From contig JAXLYE010000002.1 of assembly GCA_046351595.1 (NCBI GenBank), positions 1,368,022 through 1,432,021 on the forward strand: a stretch of 64,000 bases of DNA. Direction: 5' to 3'. The stretch comes from Polyangia bacterium. GTDB taxonomy: Bacteria; Myxococcota_A; Polyangia; Palsa-1104; JAEUJZ01. Both the position numbers and the translations under genes were made by a program. The notes under the pieces were generated by a model. It did not search any database. It was not told the origin of the DNA and saw only the letters and a list, made by a program, of their open reading frames with translations. Positions 18,893 to 27,560 of the stretch are shown here, piece after piece (the first letter of the stretch is position 1; each line of letters starts with the position of its first letter).

Positions 18893-19417
18893 ATGCTCGC
18901 CGGCCGCCCGCCGTTCTGGAGCGAGAAGGACAGCTACCTCGAGATCGTGCTCGGGCACCTGTCGGAGCTGCCGCGCGCGCTCAACGAGGTCAACCCGAGC
19001 GTGTCGCCGCAGATGACGCAGATCGTGATGCGCACGCTCGAGAAGGACCCGGCGCTGCGGCCGACGGCCAAGGAGCTGCTGAAGGAGCTGATGCGGCTGA
19101 TGCGGCGGACCACGGGCCAGCACGACACCGTCGATCACCGCAGCGCCGAGGCCGGGGCGTCGTCGTCGCCGAGCCTGCAGCCGATCTCGGCGATGTCGCT
19201 GTCGCCGTCGGCCAAGTCGCAGCCGCCCGGCGTGCCGATCGCGCTGGCGACCGCACCGACGGTCCCGACGAGCGTGCCGCCGCCGGCGCGGCGCAGCGAC
19301 GCCAGCGACTTCGAAGAGGAAGACACCGGCGTGGCCCTGCCCACCGCGGTCACCATCGAGATCGATCAGCGCCTGATCGACAAAGGCTCCGGAAGCTCCG
19401 GAAGCTCCGGAAGCTAG
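18893..19417 (+). pseudogene. 3' fragment of the same receiver-Ser/Thr kinase gene (kinase subdomains X-XI plus Ser/Pro-rich tail ending GSGSSGSSGS)
   Basis: ...(VVLYQ)MLAGRPPFWSEKDSYLEIVLGHLSELPRALNEVNPSVSPQMTQIVMRTLEKDPALRPTAKELLKEL... has no start codon or N-lobe of its own. It is in frame with the 5' fragment once the insert is removed. Confidence 0.75.
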
Positions 19418-19540
19418 CCGCCGCCGATCCCGGACGCTGTCCCTCCGGACGCGGCCTGAGCGACGAGAGCGGCGTGATCGGCAGCAGGCGCCGACCTGCC
19501 CAGAACGACAGGCGCGGGCGCGCCGGCGGGGCGTGATAGC

Positions 19541-21175
19541 ATGTGGGGCTATAAGCCCTTGCGTCGCCTGGCCGATGGCCTGCGCACAGGGGCAGGCGCG
19601 ACGGAAACCCCTGTGGCCAAGGACCAAGAGAAGCTCTGCTTTGCCTGTCCTGCCAGCTACCCGGCGGCATACTCGTCGTGTCCCAAGTGTCAGCTGCCGC
19701 TGGTGTTCCCCTGCATCGGCAAGGTCTGGCGCGTCGAGGGGCTCATCGGCCGCGGCGGCATGGGCGCGGTCTTTTTGGCCCACCATGTCGACGATCCGCG
19801 CAAGCGCGCCGCGGTGAAGGTGCTGGCCACCATCGCCGGCGAGCAGCGCGCCGATCGCATGGACCGGATCGCCCGCTTCCAGCGCGAGGCCGAGGCGATG
19901 CGGCGCCTGACCCACCCCAACATCGTCCAGCTCTACGACTTCAGCCGCGAGCGCGACGGGTCGCTGTACCTGGCCATGGAGTACCTGCAGGGCCCGTCGC
20001 TGAGCAAGCTGCTCAAGGCGCGCCACTGCCTGCCCGGGGACGAGGCGGCGTCGCTGATCCTGCCGGTGCTGTCCGCCGTCGAGGCGGCGCACAAGGTCGG
20101 GGTCATCCACCGCGATCTCAAGCCGGACAACATCGTGCTGGCGACGGTGCAGGACGGCAAGCGCGAGGTGCAGCGGATCAAGGTCGTAGACTTCGGCGTG
20201 GCGCGGCTCAAGGACGACTCGCTGACCGACAGCGGCCAGGCGCTGGGCACGCCGGTGTACATGGCGCCCGAGCAGGCGCAGGGCGGCAGCGTCGACGAGC
20301 GCGTCGATGTCTACGGCGCCGGCGCGGTGCTCTACGAGCTCTTGACCGGGCACCCGCCGTTCACGCCGCCCGACGCGCCCAACGCCAACCTGGCGGTGCT
20401 GGCGCGCATCATGACCACGGACCCGACGCCGATCCGCGAGCGCTGCCCGGACATCTCGCCGGCGCTGGAGTCGGTGGTCCAGGGCGCGATGTGCCGCGAC
20501 CGCGAGAAGCGCTACCACAGCGTCGAGGAGTTTGCGGCGGCGCTGCAGGAGGCGGTGAAGCGGCCGGACGAGCGGCTGTGGACGCCGCCGGCCGAGATCA
20601 CGGCGCTGCCGCTGCCCTCGGCCGTGGCCGCCGCGGTGTCGCAGCCCAACCGCCTGCCGCGCAACTCCATCCCGCCGCACCTGCGCACGTCGATGGGGCC
20701 GCTGCGGCGCAGCATGGGGCCGGGGGCGAGCGTGCCGGCGTCGCCGCTGTTGGGCGGTCCGTCGGGCCCGGTGGCGATGTCGCGCGCGGCGGCGAGCGCA
20801 CCGGTGGCGCCGCTCTCGGTGAGCCGCTCGGGGGCGGCGATCCCGCCGCTCGGCACCGGGTCGCGCCCGCCGTCGGCACCCGGCTCGTTCAGCGCGCCGA
20901 GCCGGCCGCCGGTGGCGCGCTCGGCCCAGAGCTTCACGCCGGTGCCGCCGGGCGCCGCGTCCGAGGCCTCGCGCCCGTCGGTGGTGGCCTCCAAGTCCAG
21001 CAAGCCGCCGGCCTCGCGCGGCTACCGCCTGTTCATCGCCGGCCTGTACCTGGTGCTGGTGGGCGCCATCCTGCTCGTCCTGGCCATCACCAACTGCCGC
21101 GTGCGCGGCAAGCCGACCTCGCTGCTGCTGCCGGGCCCCGTCGCTGCGGACCGGATCTCTGCGGCGCTGGGCTGA
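19541..21175 (+). CDS. Ser/Thr protein kinase with N-terminal Cys4 zinc-ribbon and C-terminal Pro/Ser-rich region plus TM helix
   Basis: Zinc ribbon CFACP...[38 protein letters not shown] and MAPE motifs. C-terminal TM helix LFIAGLYLVLVGAILLVLAI. Confidence 0.8.
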   Translation: MWGYKPLRRLADGLRTGAGATETPVAKDQEKLCFACPASYPAAYSSCPKCQLPLVFPCIGKVWRVEGLIGRGGMGAVFLAHHVDDPRKRAAVKVLATIAGEQRADRMDRIARFQREAEAMRRLTHPNIVQLYDFSRERDGSLYLAMEYLQGPSLSKLLKARHCLPGDEAASLILPVLSAVEAAHKVGVIHRDLKPDNIVLATVQDGKREVQRIKVVDFGVARLKDDSLTDSGQALGTPVYMAPEQAQGGSVDERVDVYGAGAVLYELLTGHPPFTPPDAPNANLAVLARIMTTDPTPIRERCPDISPALESVVQGAMCRDREKRYHSVEEFAAALQEAVKRPDERLWTPPAEITALPLPSAVAAAVSQPNRLPRNSIPPHLRTSMGPLRRSMGPGASVPASPLLGGPSGPVAMSRAAASAPVAPLSVSRSGAAIPPLGTGSRPPSAPGSFSAPSRPPVARSAQSFTPVPPGAASEASRPSVVASKSSKPPASRGYRLFIAGLYLVLVGAILLVLAITNCRVRGKPTSLLLPGPVAADRISAALG

Positions 21176-21208
21176 GCCCGGGCGCCGGCTTTTGCTAAAA
21201 CGGTCTGC

Positions 21209-22006
21209 GTGGACACGCCGCCGCACGATCTGCTGAGGCTCGCGACCTGCTTCGGCCTCGGCGCCGTCGCGGCCGGCATCAACGCCATCGCCGGCGGCGG
21301 CACGCTGCTGTCGTTCCCGGTGCTGGTGGCGCTCGGCTGGCCGGCGGTCATCGCCAACGCCACCAACGCCGCGTCGCTGTGGCCGGGCAGCCTCGGCAGC
21401 GCGCTCGGCTTCCGCGACGAGCGCTCGCGCGCCACCATCCGCGGCCACCTGCCGCTCTTGCTCGTGCCGACGTTCATCGGCTCGGCGCTGGGCGCGCTGC
21501 TCCTGACCGTGAGCGGCGAGCGCCTGTTCCGCCTGCTGGTCCCGGCGCTGGTGCTGCTGGCGACGGTGCTCTTGGCGCTGCAGCCGCGCATCCGCCGCCG
21601 CAGCCAGGCCCGCGCCGCCGCCGGGGCCGCGCCGCGCCGCCTGCCGACGTGGGCGGTCCTGTTGCTGCAGCTCTTCATCGGCGTCTACGGCGGCTACTTC
21701 GGCGCCGGCATGGGCATCCTGATGCTGGCGCTGCTCGGCCTGTACATCGAGGGCGACCTGCACGAGCACAACGCGCTCAAGGCCTGGCTCGGCGTCGCCG
21801 TCAATCTATTGGCAAGCGTGATATTCTTTTGGCAGGGCCTGATCGACCTGCCGGCGGGGGCGGCGATGGCGACGGGCGCAGTCCTGGGCGGCTACGCCGC
21901 GGCGCGGCTGTCGCTGCGGGTCAAGGCCGACGCGCTGCGGCTGGTGATCGTGGTGATCGGCGCGCTCTTGTCGCTGTGGTTCACGCTGCGGGCGCTGCGC
22001 GGCTGA
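21209..22006 (+). CDS. TauE/SafE (DUF81) family sulfite/anion exporter
   Basis: 265 aa, about 8 TM segments, and the two-repeat architecture with GGGxxxxP-like segments (INAIAGGGTLLSFPVL; VYGGYFGAGMGILML) typical of DUF81. Confidence 0.7.
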   Translation: MDTPPHDLLRLATCFGLGAVAAGINAIAGGGTLLSFPVLVALGWPAVIANATNAASLWPGSLGSALGFRDERSRATIRGHLPLLLVPTFIGSALGALLLTVSGERLFRLLVPALVLLATVLLALQPRIRRRSQARAAAGAAPRRLPTWAVLLLQLFIGVYGGYFGAGMGILMLALLGLYIEGDLHEHNALKAWLGVAVNLLASVIFFWQGLIDLPAGAAMATGAVLGGYAAARLSLRVKADALRLVIVVIGALLSLWFTLRALRG

Positions 22007-22042
22007 GGCCCCGAAGGCACAGAAGGCCCCGGGCGCGACCGG

Positions 22043-22540
22043 CTACTTCTGCTTGCGCTTGGCGATCCACTCGCGCGTGATCTCGGCGGCGCGGTCGTAG
22101 CCCTTGCGCATCTCGTCGACCATGTACTGCTCGATCTTGCCGCCGACGAGCATCACCGAGACCTTGATGTCACCGGCGAAGACGCGCTGGCAGCGGCCCG
22201 TCCCGATCGGCACCACGCTGAACACGCCGCCCATCTTGAAGCGGTTCTGCATCACCTCGGGCTCGATGCGCACGTCCATCTTCGAGGCGGCCTTGTCGTA
22301 GACGTCGTACTCGGTGTAGCCGGTGCTGGTGATCAGCGACTGCGCCCAGCTCGGCACCGGCATGTCGGGCTCGAGCTTCTGGGTGCGGATCAGCTTGTCG
22401 CCGGTGTCGCGCCGCTCCTTGACGGTGCGGCTGCGCATGCCGATGTGCTTGAACATCGCCTCTTCGAACTTCTCGTCGAAGAACAGCTCCCAGAAGCCCT
22501 GCGGATCGGTGTCGAAGTCGTGCGAGAAGCGGAAGTCCAT
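22043..22540 (-). CDS. Hypothetical protein, DUF2505/SRPBCC-like (165 aa)
   Basis: Real start MDFRFSHDFDTDPQGFWELFFDEKFEE... with an AAAGGAA RBS. The upstream part of the track ORF is a non-coding-like extension. Confidence 0.55.
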   Translation of the reverse strand: MDFRFSHDFDTDPQGFWELFFDEKFEEAMFKHIGMRSRTVKERRDTGDKLIRTQKLEPDMPVPSWAQSLITSTGYTEYDVYDKAASKMDVRIEPEVMQNRFKMGGVFSVVPIGTGRCQRVFAGDIKVSVMLVGGKIEQYMVDEMRKGYDRAAEITREWIAKRKQK

Positions 22541-22644
22541 GAGCGGTTCCTTTTGGCCGGACGCGACGAGCCCTCCCCGCTGCGCGCGCGGCGCAGGTCG
22601 GGGCGGGCCGAGGTCGGGTGTCGTAGACAGGGGCGGGGCGGGCC

Positions 22645-22926
22645 TCAGGCCGTGAACAGCTTCGCCAGCTCGTCCTTGATCTTCTTCTCGATGGTGTCCT
22701 TCATCGGGCTTAGCACGAAGGACAGGTCGAGGTTCACGCGAACTTGATTGGGCTCGATGTTGATCGTGCCGTTGGCGCCGGTCCGCTTGACCTCGGCCTG
22801 GGTGGCCGACTTCCACGTCGAGGACAGGCCGTACTTCTCGCTGAGCTCCTGGCTCAGGTTCTCGAGCCGCTTCTTGGCTTCCTCGGCGCTCACCTTGTGG
22901 CTCTGCGTGATCTCAAGCTTGGGCAT
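22645..22926 (-). CDS. Polyhydroxyalkanoate-granule-region family small protein (93 aa)
   Basis: MPKLEITQSHKVSAEEAKKRLENLSQELSEKYGL... with an AGGAGG RBS 8 nt upstream. It resembles the PHA_gran_rgn family. Confidence 0.55.
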   Translation of the reverse strand: MPKLEITQSHKVSAEEAKKRLENLSQELSEKYGLSSTWKSATQAEVKRTGANGTINIEPNQVRVNLDLSFVLSPMKDTIEKKIKDELAKLFTA

Positions 22927-23074
22927 GGGCCTCTTCCTCCTGTGACTCGCCTGTGACTCGGCTGTGATCGGGGCCATGGGCTGGCCGTTGGTTGGGGTCC
23001 GTCGGGGGACCGCTTGCAGTCGGGTCTTTGCCGCGTGCGCGGCCCGCCCCCTATCATGCTAGCCTCGGGCCGCG

Positions 23075-24211
23075 ATGACCATCTTTTCCCAGCCAGACCC
23101 GCGCCGCATCACCCGCTTCGCTTCCTCCGGCGGCTGAGCGGCCAAGGTGGGTCCGGGCGACCTGCACGAGCTCCTGCACGGCCTGGGCGCGGCCCGGGAC
23201 CGAGCGCGCGACCCCGCGGTGCTGGTCGGCACCGAGACCGGGGACGACGCGGGCGTGTTCCTGTTGCCGTCCGCCGCCGGGGCCGGCGCGGGGCCGCGCA
23301 GCGACGGGCTGGCGCTGGTGCAGACCGCGGACTTCATCACGCCGCCGTTCGACGATCCGTTCGCCTACGGGCAGATCGCCGCCGCCAACGCGCTCTCGGA
23401 CGTCTACGCCATGGGCGGCCGGCCGGTGACCGCGCTGAACCTGTGCGCCTTCCCGCGCGAGCTCCTGCCCGAGGTCGCGCACGAGATCCTCGAGGGCGCG
23501 GCGGCGGCGCTGGCGGCGGCCGGGGCGGCGCTGCTCGGCGGCCACACCGTGCGCGCGCCCGAGCTGTTCTTCGGCCTCGCTGTGACCGGGCTGGTCGACG
23601 CCTCGCGCATCTGGCGCAACATCGGGGTGCGTCCGGGGGACGTGCTCTTGCTCACCAAGCCGCTCGGCGCCGGCCTGCTCGTGACGGGCGCGCGCAAGGG
23701 CCTGATCTCCGAGGCCGAGCGCAGCGCCTGCGCCGTCGGCATGGCCGCCCTCAACCGCCGCGCCGCCGAGATCCTTGGGGATCCGGCGCTCGACCTTGGG
23801 GTCCACGCCGCGACCGATGTCACCGGCTTCGGGCTCGCCGGGCACGGGCTGGGCATGACCCAGGCCGCCGGCGGGGCCGACGCGGCCGGCGACGTGGCGC
23901 TGCGGCTGCACCTCGGCTGGCTGCCGCTGTACCCGGGCGCGCGCGCGCTGGCCGAGCGCGGCGTCACCTGCGGCGGCGCCCAAAGCAACCAGCGCGCCTA
24001 CCGCGAGCGCATCACCAGCGCGCGCCCGCTGACCGCCGCCGAGCAGGAGCTGCTGTTCGATCCGCAGACCTCGGGCGGGCTGCTCTGCGCGCTGCCGGCG
24101 GCGGCCGCGGAGCGCGCGCTCTTGGCCCTGCACGGAGCCGGCATCCCGGCCGCGCGCATCGGCGAGGTCGTGCCGCGCGCGGGCGGCGCCCCGCTCGTAG
24201 TCGTCGACTGA
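23075..24211 (+). CDS. selD: Selenide, water dikinase SelD (selenophosphate synthetase) with in-frame UGA (23135-23137) decoded as selenocysteine
   Basis: ATG 23075 follows the upstream TAG. Translation reads MTIFSQPDPRRITRFASSGG-U-AAKVGPGDLHELL, matching the SelD N-terminus (E. coli RLTQYSHGAGCGCKISP; Sec-containing orthologues have GAGUGCK). Downstream are the AIR-synthase-like PurM fold motifs GTETGDDAGV and LTKPLG. The track ORF (23147) starts just after the UGA. Confidence 0.8.
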
Positions 24212-24218
24212 GGTCCGC

Positions 24219-26264
24219 TCAGCGCGCGGGCGTGCGCAGCCGGCGCAGGTCGCCGACGCGCAGCGTGACCTTCTCGGCGTCGAAGTGCTCGGCCAGCGGG
24301 ATCGTGTACTTGCGGCTCTGGCCGACCAGGTCCTTAAACTGCGTCGGGCTGATCTCGCGGTGCGCGGTCAGGAACTGCACCAGGCGGGCGCGCAGCTCGT
24401 CGACGTGCGGCTTGTAGAACAGCAGGTCCTTGATGCGCACGAGCGCGCCGGTGCGGCACAGCCCATCGACGATGCCGCGTAGCGCGGCCGCGGCGGGCGC
24501 TCCCGACGCCTGCAGGAGCGGCGGCAGCTCGTCGAGGCGCGGCGGCGCCAGCCCGGCCGCGCGGAACACGGCGAGCACGCCCTCGCGCAGCGCCTGATCG
24601 CGGTCGACCGCGACGGCAGGCCCCGCCGCTGGGGATGACGCCGGGGCGCCGACCTCGGGCAGAAGGACCCGCTCGCGCTCGATCCGCACCAGCCCGCGCT
24701 CGGCCAGCCGCTCGAGCGCGGCCGAGGCCAGCCGCGGCGGGCACACGATCGCCGGGCCCTCACCGACGCCGACGCGATCGCCGCCGAGGCGCCCGAGCGC
24801 CGGCGGCAGCGCGGCCACGGCGAGCTCGCGCCGGTGCCGCGCGAGCGCCGCCAGCACCGCCTCCTCGACATGCCGCAGCACCGACGGGGCGTAGAGCGCG
24901 GGCGGGACCGAGACGAGCTCGCCGTCGCGCAGCAGCGCCTGCAGCGCCGCCTCGAGCTGCGCCGCCGGCACCGGCACCGCGAGCCGCAGTCCCGGCCCGG
25001 TCACGCCGCCGAGCCCGCGCCGCTCCGCCTCGGCCCGCACGAGCTCCGCGAGCGCGGTGGGCGCAGCCGCCAGCGCGTCCAGCGGGTGCAGCGCGTCCAG
25101 CGCGCCCGCGACCCGCCCGAGCGCCGCGAGCAGGCGCGGGCTGCCCCGCCGGTGTCGCCCGCCGAGGACCCGCAGGATGCGGCCGCCGCCGACGGTGGTG
25201 CCGTGGTTCTTCTGGGGCGCGAAGCCGCGCAGCACGAAGCGGTCGCCGGGCACCGCGCACAGCGGCTGATCGAGCTGGATCTGCGCCAGCGCCGTCTCAC
25301 CGGGCAGCGCCCGCTCGCGATCGAGCAGCGTCACCTGCGCCAGCCGCTGCGCCGTGCCCGCCGACAAAAGCAGCCGGCTGCGCCGCTCGAGCGGCGCCCG
25401 CGCCACCTCGAGGTAGCGCAGCTCGACGTCGAGCAGCACGCCGACCTGCTCGGCCGCGATCTCGTCCGGGCGCACCAGCGTCTCGCCGCGCTGAAGCGCC
25501 GCGAGCGGCACCGGCAGGTTGACGGCGGTGCGCTGGCCGGCCACGGCTTCGCTCACGGGCTGGCCGTGGACGTGCAGGCCGCGCACCTTGGCCGGCACCT
25601 GGTTCTTCTGCCCGGGCTGCGGCCACAGCTCGTCGCCGATACGCAGCCGCCCCGACCACAGCGTGCCCGTCGCCACCGTGCCGAACCCCTTGAGCGAGAA
25701 GACGCGATCGACCGGCAGCCTGACCAGGTTGGCGTCGGGGCGGCCGGGGCTGTCCCGCAGCGCTCGCTCGATGGCGCGGCAGAGCTCGGGCAGCCCCTCG
25801 CCGGTGCGCGCCGAGCAGGCGATGATCTCGGAGCCGCGCAGCGCGCTCGTCGCCAGCGTCGAGACGAGCTCCTCGCGCGCGAGCTCCAGCAGCTCGGGCG
25901 GCACGAGGTCGCTCTTGCTGAGCGCGACCACGCCGCGCCGCACCCCGAGCAGCTCGAGGATGTCCAGGTGCTCGCGCGTCTGCGGCATCACGCCCTCGTC
26001 CGCGGCGACGACCAGCAGCACCGCGTCGACGCCGACCGCGCCCGCGACCATGGTGCGGATGAAGCGCTCGTGCCCGGGCACGTCGACGACGCCGACGACA
26101 TCGCCGCCGGGCAGCGCGAGGTGCGCGAACCCGAGCTCGATGGTGATGCCGCGCTCCTTCTCTTCCTTGAGCCGATCGGTGTCGATGCCCGTCAGCGCCT
26201 TGACCAGGCTGGTCTTGCCGTGGTCGATGTGGCCGGCGGTCCCGAGGACGCGGTGCAGGCTCAT
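24219..26264 (-). CDS. selB: Selenocysteine-specific elongation factor SelB
   Basis: N-terminal GTPase GTAGHIDHGKTSL...DVPGHERF...SKSDL, about 680 aa, with C-terminal winged-helix extensions. Convergent with selD; their stops are 7 bp apart. Confidence 0.85.
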   Translation of the reverse strand: MSLHRVLGTAGHIDHGKTSLVKALTGIDTDRLKEEKERGITIELGFAHLALPGGDVVGVVDVPGHERFIRTMVAGAVGVDAVLLVVAADEGVMPQTREHLDILELLGVRRGVVALSKSDLVPPELLELAREELVSTLATSALRGSEIIACSARTGEGLPELCRAIERALRDSPGRPDANLVRLPVDRVFSLKGFGTVATGTLWSGRLRIGDELWPQPGQKNQVPAKVRGLHVHGQPVSEAVAGQRTAVNLPVPLAALQRGETLVRPDEIAAEQVGVLLDVELRYLEVARAPLERRSRLLLSAGTAQRLAQVTLLDRERALPGETALAQIQLDQPLCAVPGDRFVLRGFAPQKNHGTTVGGGRILRVLGGRHRRGSPRLLAALGRVAGALDALHPLDALAAAPTALAELVRAEAERRGLGGVTGPGLRLAVPVPAAQLEAALQALLRDGELVSVPPALYAPSVLRHVEEAVLAALARHRRELAVAALPPALGRLGGDRVGVGEGPAIVCPPRLASAALERLAERGLVRIERERVLLPEVGAPASSPAAGPAVAVDRDQALREGVLAVFRAAGLAPPRLDELPPLLQASGAPAAAALRGIVDGLCRTGALVRIKDLLFYKPHVDELRARLVQFLTAHREISPTQFKDLVGQSRKYTIPLAEHFDAEKVTLRVGDLRRLRTPAR

Positions 26265-26446
26265 GGGCCGAGCCTACCTCACCCAACCGCCCGGCCAATC
26301 CCCTCTTTCGCTCGGGGTTTGATACAGTCCGGTTGTTTGGTCCGCTGTTAAAAGGTCCTTTGCGTACTCTCGATCTCTAGGGCTCCCCGCTCCGGGCGCT
26401 GCGCCTGCGGCCCTGTCGCCGGGGCGGTCCCTCCCGATGCCGGAGC

Positions 26447-27466
26447 TTGCCTTCTGCCATGCCGACGCCGACTCCATCGACAAACTCGCCCGGTCCCGCG
26501 CCTCCCGCGGGCGCGCCCAGCATGAGCGCGCTCGTCGAGTCGCTGCTCTCTGAGCTTGGCCAAAGCGTGCCCGAGGACACGATGCTGAAGTTCAACGAGA
26601 TCTGCTCGCGCCTGCTAAACGTCGCAAAGTTCGCCGACGAGGCGTCGCGCCGCTTCATCGACCCCGAGGTCGCCGCGGCCATCGACACCCTGCCCAACCG
26701 CGTCAACGACCAGGGCTTCGACACCTGGGGCTTCTGCCCCGAGGAGGCGAAGTTCTACTACTCGCTGGCGCGTCACATCCACGACTACTTCCGCCCCGAG
26801 ATCCACGGCATAAAGAACGTGCCCGCGGGCCGCGTGCTGATCGTGCCCAACCACGCCGGGCAGCTCCCCTTCGACGGCGTGGTGGTCGGCGTCTCGTGCC
26901 TGCTCAACGCCCACCGGCCGCGCCTGGTGCGCGCCATGGCCGAGCGCTGGGTCTCGACGCTGCCGTTCATCAACGAAATGTTCGCGCGCGCCGGCGTCGT
27001 GCTCGGCGATCCGATCAACTGCCGCAACCTGCTCGAGGACGATCAGGCGATCCTGGTGTTCCCCGAGGGTGCGCGCGGCAGCGGCAAGATCTTCCAGCGC
27101 CGCTACAAGCTCGAGCCGTTCGGCCGCGGCTTCATGCGCCTGGCGCTGCAGACGCACACGCCGATCGTGCCGGTCGCGGTGATCGGCTCGGAAGAGGCGG
27201 TGATCTCGGTGCACAACTGGAAGGGCCTGGCGAAGCTTATCAAGGCGCCGTACGCGCCGGTGAGCCCGCTGCTGCCGCTGCTCGGCCCGCTGGCGTACTT
27301 CCCGCTGCCGGTGAAGTTCCGCGTCTACTTCGGCGAGCCGATGCACTTCACCGGTCCCTTCGACGACGAGGACGCGAACATCCAGGCCAAGGTCGATCAG
27401 GTCCAGGAGCGCGTGCAGCAGATGATCAACGACGGCCTGAAGGCGCGCCGTTCAATCTTTTTTTAA
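26447..27466 (+). CDS. Lysophospholipid (1-acyl-sn-glycerol-3-phosphate) acyltransferase, PlsC family
   Basis: Acyltransferase motifs VPNHAGQLPFDG (H-x4-D variant) and FPEGARGSG. The start could alternatively be M at 26522. Confidence 0.7.
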   Translation: MPSAMPTPTPSTNSPGPAPPAGAPSMSALVESLLSELGQSVPEDTMLKFNEICSRLLNVAKFADEASRRFIDPEVAAAIDTLPNRVNDQGFDTWGFCPEEAKFYYSLARHIHDYFRPEIHGIKNVPAGRVLIVPNHAGQLPFDGVVVGVSCLLNAHRPRLVRAMAERWVSTLPFINEMFARAGVVLGDPINCRNLLEDDQAILVFPEGARGSGKIFQRRYKLEPFGRGFMRLALQTHTPIVPVAVIGSEEAVISVHNWKGLAKLIKAPYAPVSPLLPLLGPLAYFPLPVKFRVYFGEPMHFTGPFDDEDANIQAKVDQVQERVQQMINDGLKARRSIFF

Positions 27467-27525
27467 TGGGGGACCTTCCCGTCCCCCCTCAGCAGGCCGA
27501 GCCTGCTGAGCCTCCCCCCACCGCG
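27467..27525 (+). terminator. Two consecutive GC hairpins (GGGGGAC-cttcc-GTCCCCC; TCAGCAGG-ccgag-CCTGCTGA) immediately after the plsC-like stop
   Basis: Seen directly. The T-run lies 5' of the hairpins rather than 3', so this is not a canonical intrinsic terminator. Confidence 0.35.
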
Positions 27526-27560
27526 CGCGTCCCGCGCGGGGTCTTTACTGGAGGAGCTTA

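Noticed and set aside
18740-21769. Upstream 1,010 codons of the 1196-aa minus ORF (only the last 186 aa are the FMN reductase)
   Set aside because: Antisense to the kinase fragment and the 19541 kinase. Arg/His/Gln-rich junk. The real start is the MLKIAIIIGS methionine.
22978-26446. Search for tRNA-Sec (selC) and selA next to selD/selB
   Set aside because: No segment has an 8-bp acceptor stem, a UCA anticodon loop, a long variable arm or a GGTTCGAnTCC T-loop. The intergenic regions 22978-23074 and 26265-26446 do not fold as tRNA. I conclude selC/selA lie outside this window.
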